A stretch of 63,941 nucleotides of DNA, filler included, from Intoshia linei (GCA_001642005.1; 9 parts of 9 records of this genome joined end to end with filler, not necessarily neighbours in it), one strand, 5' to 3'; shown: positions 27,501 to 40,900, counted from the whole stretch's first letter. Numbers and translations: made by a program. Notes: generated by a model not told the origin, from the letters alone.

Positions 27501-28769
27501 TCAATTCCCCATTCATTTGTTGAATCGCTGCGACCCTAAAGCATTTTCAATTTAAAAAATATCAAAATTACCAAAATTGATTTATATGAGTCGTCCGAAA
27601 TATTCGACTTTCTCGTTTTATACTCTAATTGTCGCTTTTGTGGATATTCGAAGGGAATGTCTGTAAAAATTAAAAAAATAACTAAACTAAAAACCGGTGA
27701 GGTATTTTGGTAGAGTTTGGCATCCAAATGCTGTCGATTGCCTAACATAATTAAACTGCGATGGAGATCGTAATCTAATAATTATTTAAAATGGCGCATC
27801 AAATTAACTACTTAATATTCATTTACCTAACTAACTCAGAAAAAACTTTTTGTTCAATCTTATAATTTTTACCACATGAATAATTACAAAGTTGTATACA
27901 TTGTTGGTGGCCTTTGATCTAATGGAAAAAATTATTATTATATTATATTAAGTTACCAAACATTTTCTACATTTTGTGCCATTTAAGAAAAAACGTTTTT
28001 TACAGATATCGCAGCTATTGAAAGTGTATCGTGTCTAAAATTAAAATTGTCATCTTCAGAAAATAGATGAAAAATTAAATACAAGTTCATGGTCTATTTC
28101 TTTGGCTTTATTATATTCTGTTTTAAATTTGACATTAATTTCTGACAACGAAACATCATTAACATCCATGTCCCAACTAAGAGTGGAGAAGGGTCTATTG
28201 AAAAAATAATTACAATTAACACATTGAATACACAATATTATGCAGAGAGGATAGTTCACATTCATCAATTTTTAAGTTGCGAATTTCCATTGGTTTTTGA
28301 AGCAAATCGCGTAAAGTGCAATTGGGTTTGATAACGAGCTGTACATTATGAAATAAGTATACAAGGTATTAATTTACCGTTGTAATTTGATTGTTGGGCA
28401 AAAAAACTCTAATAAAATCAGGGATAGGAGAATTTGAACTCACGGTTGAAGTGGATACTAAACTTTTATGTTTTTGTTTGTCTTGAGTCAATTCTCTTTC
28501 AAATTGTGTTAAATTGTGAAGTTTAGAATTCTTTTTATCAAGTTGTTGCTCGTACTAATAAAAATTATTTACGAAAAATAAATTTAATAATTTTCATTTA
28601 TAAAATACTTCATGGATTCGATGGATGAGATTTTCGTATTCCTAAAAAATAATGTTCAGAAAAACAAAAATATTACAGTTAAATATAATGAGGAATATTT
28701 GTGATTGTTGGGAAAAGAGGACATAAACAGTTTAACATTTTCTTTTTTAATTTTTATAATTTCCTCCAT
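24545..28769 (-). CDS. raf: Raf family serine/threonine kinase
   Basis: RBD ([12 protein letters not shown]), C1 domain ([23 protein letters not shown]), N-region [61 protein letters not shown] and a C-terminal 14-3-3 site KRTCSLPSL. Stop at 24545-24547. Confidence 0.93.
25220..26020. mobile_element. Intronic element with inverted arrays of TGTCAGTA subterminal repeats
   Basis: About 8 GTCAGT motifs at ~20-nt spacing (25222-25400) and about 8 ACTGA(C) motifs in the opposite orientation (25694-26015). Confidence 0.65.
25454..25666. mobile_element. Foldback MITE (~90-bp arms)
   Basis: atatcatccactacagaccaaagttaaa...accatattatacctacaaaccatatt is mirrored by aatatggtttgtaggtataatatggt...ttgggtctgtagtggatgatat. 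Confidence 0.9.
26207..26403. mobile_element. hAT-Buster/Charlie MITE
   Basis: TIR CAGTGATTCCCAAC...CTGGGAACCAATG with 8-bp TSD ATATAGAG/AAATAGAG. Confidence 0.8.
26412..26705. mobile_element. hAT-Buster/Charlie MITE
   Basis: Perfect TIR CAGGGGTCGGCAACC...GGTTGCCGACCCCTG with TSD AAATAGAG/ATATAGAG. Confidence 0.9.
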
Positions 28770-29309
28770 AGTTTTTATCTATAAAATATATGCTTTTGAG
28801 TTTGTCACATTTTACAGTAATTTAATATTTAGTATGCATTTGCAAATAAATTTTAAAAAATAAATAAACCAGTGCACTGGTTTCAAATAAATACAAAATG
28901 TATAAATATATAAACAAGGTGTGACACATAGCAAAAACATATGCTTGATCTTAATTTTGACTTCCCTTACTTGACAAGCAATACTTAAACGATAAGTTGA
29001 ACAGACAGCATAATTTATTAGAATTGAATTTCAAGTGTTTTAATGAATTTGATAAAGAGGACAAAGTTCTATGTCCTTTTTATCATATAATATGAGGTTT
29101 AAACTTTTCAAAAAAATGTAGAGACCATTATAAAATAATGCTACCATCTGGTACAGGGGTGGAAATATGGACGGGCCTAATATTTTAATTGGGAATATTT
29201 GAAAATTTCTTAAGTATGGCATAATTATGATAACCAATGGTTATATTCTTATATCCATTATATTATGAGAATATTCTTTAAATCCAACTTTTTTTTCTAA
29301 AAATCAAAA

Positions 29310-29680
29310 TTTACCACCCCTTTAGGGAAAAATCTGGTTTTACCAATCATAAAAAGAAAAATCCACTTTTACCAAACCTAAAAGAAAAAAACCTAACTTT
29401 ACCAATCTTTTAGGGAAAAATCCGGTTTTACCAAACCTAAAAAGAAAAATCAACTTTTACCAAACCTAAAAGGAAAAATCTAACTTTACCAACCCTTTAG
29501 GGAAAAATCCATTATAACCCAACCTAAATGGAAAAATCCAATTATACCAACATTTTAGGGAAAAATCTAGTTCCACCAATTCTAAAAAGAAAAATCCAAT
29601 TTTATCAACGCTTAATGGAAAAATACGGTTCCACCTAACCTAAAAATAAAAATCCAACTTTACGAACCTTTTAGGGTTAG
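29310..29680 (+). repeat. ~31-bp minisatellite, about 12 units
   Basis: Units such as tttaccaaacctaaaaagaaaaatcc and tttaccaaccctttagggaaaaatcc. Confidence 0.9.
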
Positions 29681-30499
29681 TACACTGAATTGTTCGCATA
29701 ATCGTTGATAAATTTTGACTTTTATTAAAAATTGTATGGATTTAAGTGGACACCCATTTTAAATTATAAAATTTCTAATTCATCAATTTTGCCGTTCAAA
29801 AAAAAAGTTTAATTTTTCTTTAGTTACCTATAATTTAAAATTTAAATTTTAAATAACTACATTTTGTCAAAATCACTTATGGCCAAAATGTTTCTACAGC
29901 GAGCCAAATCATAAAATTTTTTCAATTCTATAGATATAAAATATTTAATTATTTTTAATAAAAATGATTGACACATTGATCAAAATTAGACATAGTTCTA
30001 AGCGCAGTATGATTTCTAAATCATTATTAATCAAGCCTGCACGTTACCCATTTTTCAAAAAACACTTTATGGTATGGCGACAAAAAATGAATTGACAAAT
30101 TATAACAAAAAATCTGTGCAGCACCTCGAAGATAAATGAAACTGCTGAGTGAGCCATATCGACCCACAATGGTCTAAAAAATTTTATTTTCTACAGTCTC
30201 CAAGAAAGAAAAGGTTGAAACACGATGATACAAGAATAAATAATATTACTCAAAATATTTATACAATTTTACTTTAAACTGTAACCACAAATGTAATGTT
30301 GAACCATAAATCTTAGAAGCGATGAATATTTTAAAATTAATAAAAACCTCTTTTTGAACAGCCTTTATTTTAGCAGTAGTATTATTTTCATCGTTTGGAG
30401 CACTTTCTGTACTCATATTGATAAACGAAAAACAAAGTTTATTTAGCCTGTATTATATTTTGTAATCGAGACTACTCAATATAAACTATATATAGAAAA

Positions 30500-31807
30500 T
30501 CATTGATCAAATTTTAATTTATATATTTGGATAATGTCTTGCTCGATTAGATCCAATTTTCCAACAATAACGAGAGAATGTAGAGTAGCTCCCATGTTTT
30601 CTATATAATGTGGTAACAAGGCTTGTTCCATGGTCATTGTTACAATTTTTTCTGTTTTTGTTCCTACACGGGCTGCACCAACTATCAAAGTGTCCTTGGT
30701 TATTTCTAATTAAAGTTATATTTGAACCAAATGTTTATATAACTTTTACAGTTTCGTTTTTTTGATATTTTCAGCAATATTTCTACAGCTTCGTGAATTT
30801 TCATGCAACGTGGTAGTTCATATACGGGATTCTTGCTGCAATTTAAATTTGAAATAATCAAAATCTATAAACCTCAATATGGTATCAGCTGTAGGTTCGT
30901 GCATGCGAATGTCTAAAAGAAAGTTTTATGTGATGAAACAAGAATGGTCATAAAGTAGAAATCTGGGAAATTATGGATGTGACTCACTATTCATTATTCA
31001 ACAGGTCTATTGTCTAATCGATATATGGAATAAGCTAGTCTCTTAAAAAATATACCACTACAACGTAAGAATGACAGATGATAATTAATATTAAAGTGAC
31101 GATGAATATATACCAAGTAAACAAAGGGTATGAAGTCCTAAATTTAAATTTTCTAATATTTTATCGTAAAAGGATTCCGGTTGGTAAGTTTCCGTAAAAT
31201 ATACAATTGATACAGTTTGACCAAAAGTATACAACTAAATTAAATTGAATAAATTTAAAAATTTATAAAGTACCGATAAGCCTGTAATACTGATTGCATT
31301 AAAAATTGACACATTATGTATAACTTTAACATCACAATCCGATTTCTTGCATTTTAAACTAGAAATTTAAAATGACATTTTATACAAAATTTGAAGTGTT
31401 TATCGAAAAGAATAAAGGATCTGTATAAATAATTAGGGCCCAAAAAATAAAACTTGAATTAGATTAATTTAATTAAAAATTGTTAGGGGTCGTCATGTCT
31501 AAAAATAAGCCGAGGTGGATACGGACATCTCTGATTTAGAGTCAAAAATATGAATTATTAATTTACAATATCATTGAGTGTGTTGTAGCACTAAAAACGA
31601 ATATAAATAAAAGACATGTATATTACCAAAAAACATCTCCAACAATCAATAAAGCAACGTCTTCTAGTTTAGCTTTTTTTATTAAATCGTCTAAAATCGA
31701 TATTTTAAATAAAAATCCACAATAAGGCCATATATACACTGCGCGACAAAACCATAGCACATTCATATAACTTCATGAATATTCTTTAAAAATTATGATT
31801 TTGTTAA
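30500..31807 (-). CDS. DPH5: Diphthine methyl ester synthase (5' end cut by gap)
   Basis: Exons read [76 protein letters not shown] and LHSLVIVG. Confidence 0.92.
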
Positions 31808-31907
31808 NNNNNNNNNNNNNNNNNNNNNNNNNNNNNNNNNNNNNNNNNNNNTTAATTAATTAANNNNNNNNNNNNNNNNNNNNNNNNNNNNNNNNNNNNN
31901 NNNNNNN

Positions 31908-32548
31908 TCACAGGAGATGAAAAATGGGTATTATGGGACAACACAAAATTGAAAAAACAATTGCTTTCACCAAATAAATCCCCATTATGTACCCTAAAAC
32001 CCAAATTACACTGTAAAAAGATTATGTTATGCATATGGATGGTGTGGTATATCATGAATTTCTAAAAATCAAAGAAAACATTAATTCTGATAAATACTGT
32101 GAACAATTAGAAAAATTAAATCACAATATTTACCTAAAAAGACCACTAAAGTTTCGTAAAGGCAATATTATCCTACAACAAGACTATGCTAGACCTCACA
32201 CTTATAAAAAAATCTTTCAGTTTCTAAAGGAGTTAAAATTTGAAGTATTACCACTTCCACCGTATTCACCAGACTTAGCACCATCTGACTATTACCTATT
32301 TAAAGCTATGATTAACCATTACTATGGTAAAAAATACACTTCAAATGAAGGGTTAAAATTGGATATACAAAACTTTTTGTTCAATAAAGAAGCGAGTTTT
32401 TATGCTAATAGTATAAATAAACTACCGGAACGTTGGCAAAAGACTGGAAAGCAATGGTGAATATTTTTTAATATAAATGTATTTTTAATATAATTAAATA
32501 AACTTTTTAATTTTGTTAAAAAAACATTACTTACGGAACGACCTAATA
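31908..32548 (+). mobile_element. mariner (DD34D) transposase, partial and degenerate, with right TIR
   Basis: TGDEKW, LQQDYARPH and PPYSPDLAPSDYYLF. Ends in cattacttacggaacgacctaa-TA. Confidence 0.92.
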
Positions 32549-32866
32549 TTATGCTGAAATACACACATTTTGAAATTATTTATACGCTTGTGTAGTCTTT
32601 TATTTGTTATTTTTGAACCATTTTCAATGTTAATATTTTTAATCGTGGATTTATCACTTTTTAACAATTTCCGTCTTCAAATTCAATTTTATGAATGATT
32701 TTTATTCATATCATATTTCAAAATTTTGTATTAGTAATTCGTTATTTTGTATATGGGCGAGAATTTTGGATTTTTTTAAAAAAATTTAGCAACTTTTTCA
32801 TTTAAAATAACATACGAATCTTAGAGGTGTATCATACACCTCTAAGAATGATAATACCATTTATTA

Positions 32867-33052
32867 CAGTCAATTCTGTTTTATATGAACATCCCAGAAT
32901 ATGAACACTACAATTTTGTTTGAACAAACATTGATTGGACATTTCGAAATTAATTATATTATTATCGCTATTCATATATGTTTATATTACAGTATAGTAT
33001 GAACATGATCAAAACCTGGTCCCTTCATGTTCATATATAACATAATTGACTG
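32867..33052. mobile_element. Tigger/pogo-type MITE, 186 bp
   Basis: TA-CAGTCAATTCTGTTTTATATGAACAT...ATGTTCATATATAACATAATTGACTG-TA. Confidence 0.85.
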
Positions 33053-33958
33053 TATAATATACAGTGGATATATCATTAAATATACGTTTAGTTCATTTGA
33101 TAGTAGAAGAGAACGAGATAATATATATATAAAAAATTTACAAGAACAAATATACTATCTCGAATCAGAAGCAAAAATGTTGTAAGATATCTATAAATAT
33201 TTTTATTTTGTTGAAATTTAAAAATGCCTCTTCTAAATTATTCACACACATGGCTTTCTACTAACAAATTACTAATTTTCTGCTAACAATTCACTAGTGC
33301 ATCTTTTCTTAAACGGGGTGTTAGAAAAACTACTTTATTTTTTCTATTTTGACTAAAAAATTTTTTAAAAATGAAATTAATGTATATTTTCAAATTGGGA
33401 TATAATTTATTTTTTACTTTATCTGTCAAATAAGTGGATTATTTAAATTTTTAAATCTTATCAATAACTGTTCTTAAATCACGTAATCTTATCTATGATG
33501 ACGAATAAAAATTTTCGGCTTAAAATTTATTCCAAATAAACTAAAACTGATAGTATGTATATTTCTGGCCACTTTACTTAAAACAGTGTTTCCCAACTTT
33601 TATAGTGTTGTCATCTCTAATAAAATTTTTATAAAAATGTATGTTGATTATTATAAAACAATGACAATATTCAACTTCTTTCGACCCACCGATTGGCACT
33701 GTCTTAAAGTGAGCGACAATTACTAATATTATTTTTAATTAAATATAATTTATTTAAAATAATTATTTTATGTTTGAAATTTTAGGTTGATGAGTTTTAG
33801 CAATTTTATCAATTTCAGTTCGATTATGAGACAAACAAATTCACATTTCTTTGTCGACATATTTGCTTCTTTCTCTTTTTTTATTTTTGATAGTAACAAG
33901 AGTTGAAAATCCTATTTCACATAGATATGAATCGAAAATAACAATAATATGTCTAACG

Positions 33959-34181
33959 CAGTGGTTTCCAACTGGTACAACTTCATGACTTTCTTTTTAT
34001 TCAAAACTCATTTAAAGTTAGAAAAATATATTTTTATTAACATAAAATTTGTAAATAGGTTTGAATCTACATTTTTAAAATAATTTATTTCTAAATAAAT
34101 AATGAAATAAATACAAATATATAAAAGTCACTGCCCACAAAAAAAAAAAAAATTTTGCGACCCACCTATTGGGAACCGCTG
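33959..34181. mobile_element. hAT-Buster MITE
   Basis: CAGTGGTTTCCAA...TTGGGAACCGCTG with perfect TSD GTCTAACG. Confidence 0.9.
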
Positions 34182-34354
34182 GTCTAACGCTTTATTACAT
34201 ACATGTATACCAGGATAGTCGTCTTTCATTGAAATTTAAAAGTTTTCAAGAGACAACTCAATAAAATTAATTTTTAGGCAACGCTCAGTTAATATCATTA
34301 CTAATTTCTCTTCTATTACACTCAATAGTTTTTCACTTTGTGTATCTACTAATG

Positions 34355-34567
34355 CAGTGGTTTTCAACCAGGGGTCGCGACCGTTAGGGGAGTCGCAAAA
34401 TTTATCAGGGGGTTGTGAGAATTTGAACACAGTATAAAATATAAATAAAACTGAATATGCTTTTTTCATATTTTCATTTATGTGAATTGATAAGATGTTT
34501 GGAGTATATAGTAAATTTTTTATGTTTATAAGAGGGGTCGCTAACACAAAAAGGTTGAAAACCACTG
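34355..34567. mobile_element. hAT-Buster MITE
   Basis: CAGTGGTTTTCAACC...GGTTGAAAACCACTG with TSD TACTAATG/TAATAATG. Confidence 0.9.
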
Positions 34568-35240
34568 TAATAATGGATTACGAATCTAATCATATTCTTC
34601 GATATTCAAAGATGGGAAATAAGTATCAGGAAACATTTCTAAATCATTTTTTTCATATTTTTACACAAATTAATAAAAAAAATATTAAAAATACTAAAAT
34701 TTTAATGGCACATACATGTATTTTTTTTCTATTAAAATATTTATAAAATTAAAATTTATTTTAAATGTCTGAGCGCGCACTTGGATTTTCTCAGCGTGCA
34801 CTAGTGCGCGCTGGAGCACCTATTGAGAATCACCTTCCTATTGTGTAGTGTATAATTTTCACGTTACAATACGGGTTTGCCCGAATGCATGAACTCGAAG
34901 GTTGCATAAAAATGAAGATTCTTCCCATTAACCCGAATACTCACAAACAAATTTTTCCAACTTTTTGGCTTCGATTTTTACAAAAATTTGGGAAGTTAAT
35001 ATGTACTTGCCTATTTTTCACCATATAAAATGTTGGGTAATTACCAATTGTAGTTATAGAGTTATTTAATGTGACCATATGGTAAAATTGGGAAAATAAG
35101 GCAAATAAAAGCGTGTATATATAAAACCACATCGTCAATANNNNNNNNNNNNNNNNNNNNNNNNNNNNNNNNNNNNNNNNNNNNTTAATTAATTAANNNN
35201 NNNNNNNNNNNNNNNNNNNNNNNNNNNNNNNNNNNNNNNN

Positions 35241-36135
35241 TAAAATAAAAATGTAAATATTGATCCTACAATTTCAAAAAAAATGTGCATTGAATGTCCA
35301 CACATTTTCAATAAAGAAATATAGGTGAAAATCTATATAATTTATTCCTTCGGATTTTTTTTCATTGCTACGCAATTTTTAAATTTCAAATTTTTATTTT
35401 CAAAACATTCAAATTTAAATAAGAAACTAAACAACGAAACTAAAAAAACTTTGTTAATATCATTTTTATATTACAATCCTTTGCAATAATAGTAAAATTA
35501 GACTGAAATGTTTATTAAGTGAAAATTCAGTTAATTATTAATACACAATTGGTATTTTTAAGTATTTATTAAATTGGTACTAAATATGACATCACATGAA
35601 AATGACAAAATAGGTTTTTATAATTTTATTTTTTCTGGAATTTATGCTAATTTTGACAAAATTTTTAATGAGTGTTTTTACTTTATTGTTAAGATTATAC
35701 AACTCATTCTGTCTAATAAATTATTTCTTTAATTTTATTTTTTCTGGAATTTATGCTATTTATGACAATTTTTAGGATTGGACGTTTTTACTTTACTTAT
35801 TAATATTATAAACACATTCTGTTTAATAAATTAAAAAAATGGGATAACAATTGTTTTTAAAATGCTTTACGCAAATGTTAACAAACAAAAAATTAAGATG
35901 GAACAATTCACTTTAAAGTAGAAAGTAATGTGATATGATGGTTCCACCTGAAACAAATTTAGGAACCACTTCTTTAAAATATTGATAATAGTGAATAGTA
36001 GGATTTTTAAGTTAGATTTTTAAGTTAGATTTTTAAGTTAGATTTTCAACATGAATTTATTTTTTTGGTATAATAAAAGAGTGCCCTCGGCAGAGCTGGG
36101 TGCTGTTTGTACGTAATACAAAACTGCCAAGCTAG
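35241..36135 (+). mobile_element. Non-autonomous Helitron, 3' half
   Basis: Multi-copy in this window. Ends in gtgccctcggcagagctgggtgctgtttgtacgtaatacaaaactgccaagCTAG|T. Contains a 13-bp repeat gatttttaagtta x3. Confidence 0.82.
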
Positions 36136-36215
36136 TATAATATAATATATGTATATTATAAATATATAGTGATATTTATTTTATAAGGGTTATTGTACCA
36201 CATTAATAATATTAA

Positions 36216-37955
36216 TCATCGTTGATTGAATGTACCTGTTATAATTGAACTAGATAAGTGTCCCAATGGCATTCCTACTGTGAAGGCGGTTGCATAAATA
36301 CTTTCATTACCAGGTGTAGAATATAGTTTAATGCATGATTTGGATATTACTACAGCTCCTACACAATTTTTTAATATGCATTGTATATTCTGTATAATAA
36401 TATTATAACTATAATTAAAAGATATCACAAATAAAAATATAAATTAATATGCACAATTAAATACAAATGTAAATTAGATCAAAAAATATGAAATTACATT
36501 TAGAGAATAATGGATTTCGTGACCTGAGAGTAGATATTTAAACAGGTTGATAAAAATGTTTTTCATTAAAATCATCGCTTCAATTTAAAAAGGGATTTAA
36601 TTTGGATTTAAAAAAATTAAATTTTAAGAATCGAAAGTTATTTAACTATTATTAAGAAATAAATAAATTATTTGTAAATCACTTTAAATGAAACATTAAA
36701 TGAGTAAATTTTCCAATCATCACATTATTCAAAGTAAAGTGACCAGAATAAAAAGTACTAAAAAATAATTAAATAGGTACACAATTGTAATTATTTGAAA
36801 TTTCTTAATCCAAAATGAATTATTCTACATTAATGCATTAATCATCATTATTTATGCAATAATGTTTATAGACGCTTTCAATCTATCCGAACTTAAACGT
36901 CGATAAAAACCACAAAAATCGAGCTAGAACCAAATTTTAAAAATTGAAATGTATAGTTAAGCGTGGGTGTTGAGACCATAAAATATAAACAATGACCTCT
37001 TACCACAATGTTGTTTTGCAAAAAATAAAGTTAAACTTAAATTTTTCTATACGATTTTCAAAAAAATATTTCAAATGATGAGCGCAACTCGAATCGACAT
37101 CTTTGCAACACCCATTCTAGATTATTTTATATATCATGATAATACACCATTTGCACACTAATCGCCCTTATTCTTTGATGGGTGTGAAACCCTAATGCGC
37201 ATAGCGCAACTCATCGGCACAATTTTGCCGTATTTTAATGGCAACATGATGTTTATAATACTAATACTAGACTAATTTTTCCTACCTCAAATAGAGATTC
37301 CAATTTGTGAATCATCCTAATATATAATAATAATTACAATAACTGTAATTAATTTACTATTATAATGTATTGTTAATAATTGTGATTATAAATTATAATA
37401 TACAATTAAATTTGTAATAAATTTACCAGTAGTTCCCATTAATATTTTGAACACCATGATATATTGAATATTAGTACTAAATCCATAAAAAAATGAACTG
37501 AAACCAGTTATTAGAAAGGATAAGTCTAATAAAAATCGTGTATTAATTTTGTCAAACAGATATCCCCACATAAAACTAAATTATACTTTTAATTCATTTT
37601 AACGCAACTAAACCTGAAAATTGTTTGAGAAAGGTAATATGACGATGTTATTAATCCAATGATATTTCCAATTTTAGTCTCATCTTTTGTTATATTCTAA
37701 AATGACATTACATGTTAATTTATTATAGGTAATGGTGTACAATATACAATATACACTATACAGTAAGGTTAAAAAAGTTAATAATTTATGAAGTTAGCAT
37801 GTGATAACCATGATAACAACAATCGATAATGGATGGACGGAAAACTGTAACTATAATTCAATTGATTCATAGTTTTGTGGTTCGTACATTGCGTTTACTC
37901 TTAAGTAATATACAATATATATTACACATGTATTGGAGTATTTGACATATTCATT
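36216..37955 (-). CDS. MFS transporter, N-terminal half (multi-exon, partial)
   Basis: IGNIIGLITSSYYLSQTIF-SFMWGYLFDKINTR (MFS motif A-like), followed by hydrophobic helices and AFTVGMPLGHLSSSIITG. The start is uncertain. Confidence 0.7.
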
Positions 37956-37973
37956 GATATAGAAATAAAATAC

Positions 37974-40900
37974 CCCTGTCCAACAAAATGATATATTTTT
38001 TTTGCCTTCCAATTTTTATTACTTATGTTAAAATATCTAACGATGAACACATTGTCGTAAAAATTGTTTTGATTCTAAGTCAAATGAACCCATTATGACA
38101 ATTTAAAAAACCCCTATACTAATGAACTATACGAAATTATTTATCCAAGTCAGATGAAGCGTAGATATAAAAATATATAAAAAGGTCACATTTATTAATT
38201 ATAAAAATTAATTAATAAATTTTAAATGATTATTTCATTTCTCAAAATAACATGCAAAATTAATGTCACTAAAATACCTTTTTCATGATTTGCATTGCAA
38301 TACTGACCAATTCAGATTGGACATAGAAAATTAACATACAAAGATGCGAAAATAACAAACTTACATTAAATTTTATTATAAATACATAAAAAATTATTTA
38401 AATAAATAAAAAATAATCCATAAATAATCTCCTATCATATTCTTAGGTTTTTTTACTTTATATCTCGATTCAAATATTTCTAATTGTTGATGAAATCTTT
38501 CATCATGTTCATCAGAGAAAGCACCACAACTTTAGTATTGGATGCATGATGAGAAGCATATTTTTATTGTTTAGTTGAGAAAAATCATGAAATTTTTTTA
38601 GAAAAGTGATGAAAATGTCACAAAATTTAGCTTTTATAGTAATAGAAACATTAAAAATCAAATTTGTTTCAATACCTCAATACCAATACCATTCAATACC
38701 AATACCAATACTTTTTTAAAAAGTATTGACAAAAAAAGTCTTGGTATTGGCATTGCACATGTCTAGCTGTTGTATTCCAACAGATAAAGGAGAATCTGAA
38801 ATATTTCATATGATTCTTTTTTTTCAGTAAAATATACAATTGGGATGAGCATATTGATATGTTGACTATCTCTTAAAATTGTTTTTAAGCTATCTATGAA
38901 TGCATCCATACATAAATACCGGTCAGATACTCTATATTTTATTTTTAAAGCGATAATCAAGTGTTCTACATTGTTACAATAAAAAAATCCGTCTTTCTCA
39001 CTGTAAAATCTTGAATAAATCATGTTTCTTAATCTGTAAAAAGTTGCAGTAACATTATTTATCAACTAATTTATGTTGTTTCAACTTTTTAGTTAAATAT
39101 TCTGACTTTTCTATGTAGATAAATTAAAATCTGCTATAATATTGTCTATTTCTGATTATGATACACTGAATTACATTCAACGTATTCAGTATTGCTAAAA
39201 TTATCTCCATATAATTCATCAGTTAAACTGTCCCTTTTTATTTTAATTGTTCTGATAACCATTTTTGATGAAAGAATATCAGTGTATTCATTCATACGTA
39301 GTAAATTTCTTAATTTGACTATCAAACAGAAGAAACAGTCATATGGGGGATTCTTGGGTTCTGACATTAATATTGGTTCAGAAAATGTAATGAAACGACC
39401 ATTATTTGAATACTTGGTTAACATTGCCTAACATGTATTATAGCATCTATTTGATGTTCAATCACTATCGGAGCTAATAGGTACATTAAAATCTTTTTCA
39501 TAAATAAATCAAATCGTTTTAGAATTCGTCAACCAATAACTTTTCCTAAATATTATATAGATTAATTCATAAGATATTTACCTAAACTTTTCATATACAC
39601 CCCCGACAAAACGTTAGAGCACCCCATAAAAATGATATTAAAACCATTTTCTGGATAAAAATTCAAATAAAATTTAATAAATTTAGAAAAATATCACTTA
39701 CATATGACATTTCAAAGTGTATAAATATAATTTATTGCAATTATTCATCGCTAATTACCCCAAAATATTTATTTTCATTATCGCTAAGAGAGTGCTCTAA
39801 GAGATTATATTTTAGGTATTAATTAGCACTAAAGCTAAATTTTTTAATTTCAAAATATATCTAATTAATAAATACATATATAATACACAATTTTTGATAA
39901 AGATGTTTAAAAAAAAATAAGTAAATGAACGGGAAAAGGGAATTGTTGATTATATGATAAAGGAAGGGCATAGCCAGTTGAAAATTGCAATAACATTAGC
40001 AAGAAGTAAGAAGTGCATACAAACGTATCTCAATAATCGTTCGTCAAAAAAATTAAATAATAAAATTGGACACCCAAAAACATTAACTCCATCTGATAGA
40101 CGACTTTTATTGCAATAAGCGTCTAATTCTCGTCTTAGTACTAGTTCAATAAAATCCAATTATTCTTTTAATGACATTTCCACTCGGACGATACAACGGG
40201 AATTATGTTCCTCACCGAACATTCAACGAAGAGTCATGATAAAATGCCCAAACCTTACAAAACTCCACATAGAATAAAGGGTACTTTTTGCTCGTACTAA
40301 TATGTCCATTAATTGAAAGCAAATGTTTTTCCGATGAAAAACGTTTTAACCTGGACGGACACGATGGTTATTCCTACTATTTCCACGATATTAGGAAAGA
40401 GCAATTATCTAAATTAAAACGACAATGTAGAGGAAACAGTGTAATGGTTTGGGGAGGATTTGGAAAAAAATGTAAAACTAAATTATGTTTTACAAACGAA
40501 AAATTAAACTCTGAATAATATATAAAAATACTAAATGAATCCTTACTTCCTTGCAAAACGAATTTTAGAATATTCCAACAAGACAATGCATTTATACACG
40601 CGTCTAAAAGGACTAAAGAATGGTTAAATCGTAAAAATATTAATGTTCTTCCGTGGCCACCATGCTCACCGGATCAAAACCCAATAGAAAATATATGAGG
40701 AATGATGACTGGGATTGTCTATAAAAAGGGAATACAATATAAATGTTTAAAAAATCTGAGATCAGCCATAGAGAGAGTTTGGAATTCCATTGACCAACCC
40801 AAGTTAACACCTTAATTGAAAGTATGCCTTCTAGAATTTTTAAAGTTATTACAAATAAAGGTGGAAGAACTCATTATTAAAGATATAAAATTATGTTTTA

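Larger units (their letters stand above)
33584..34835 (-). mobile_element. hAT-Buster (ZBED5/SCAND3-like) transposon remnant
   Basis: Minus strand FDSYLCEIGFSTLVTIKNKKR (hAT dimerisation domain) at ~33870-33945. CAGTGTTTCCCAAC terminus at 33584. The right boundary is approximate. Confidence 0.7.

Noticed and set aside
29960-30417. Possible small minus-strand gene (MSTESAPNDENN...; VSTFSFLETVENKIF weakly resembles an SPT small subunit)
   Set aside because: I could not build a consistent spliced frame, and the similarity is too short to support a call.
34236-34746. ORFs 34236-34565 and 34495-34746, and similar short antisense ORFs such as 2741-3001, 27263-27523 and 61109-61462
   Set aside because: They run through MITEs, lie antisense to real genes or sit in AT-rich non-coding DNA, and show no protein motifs.
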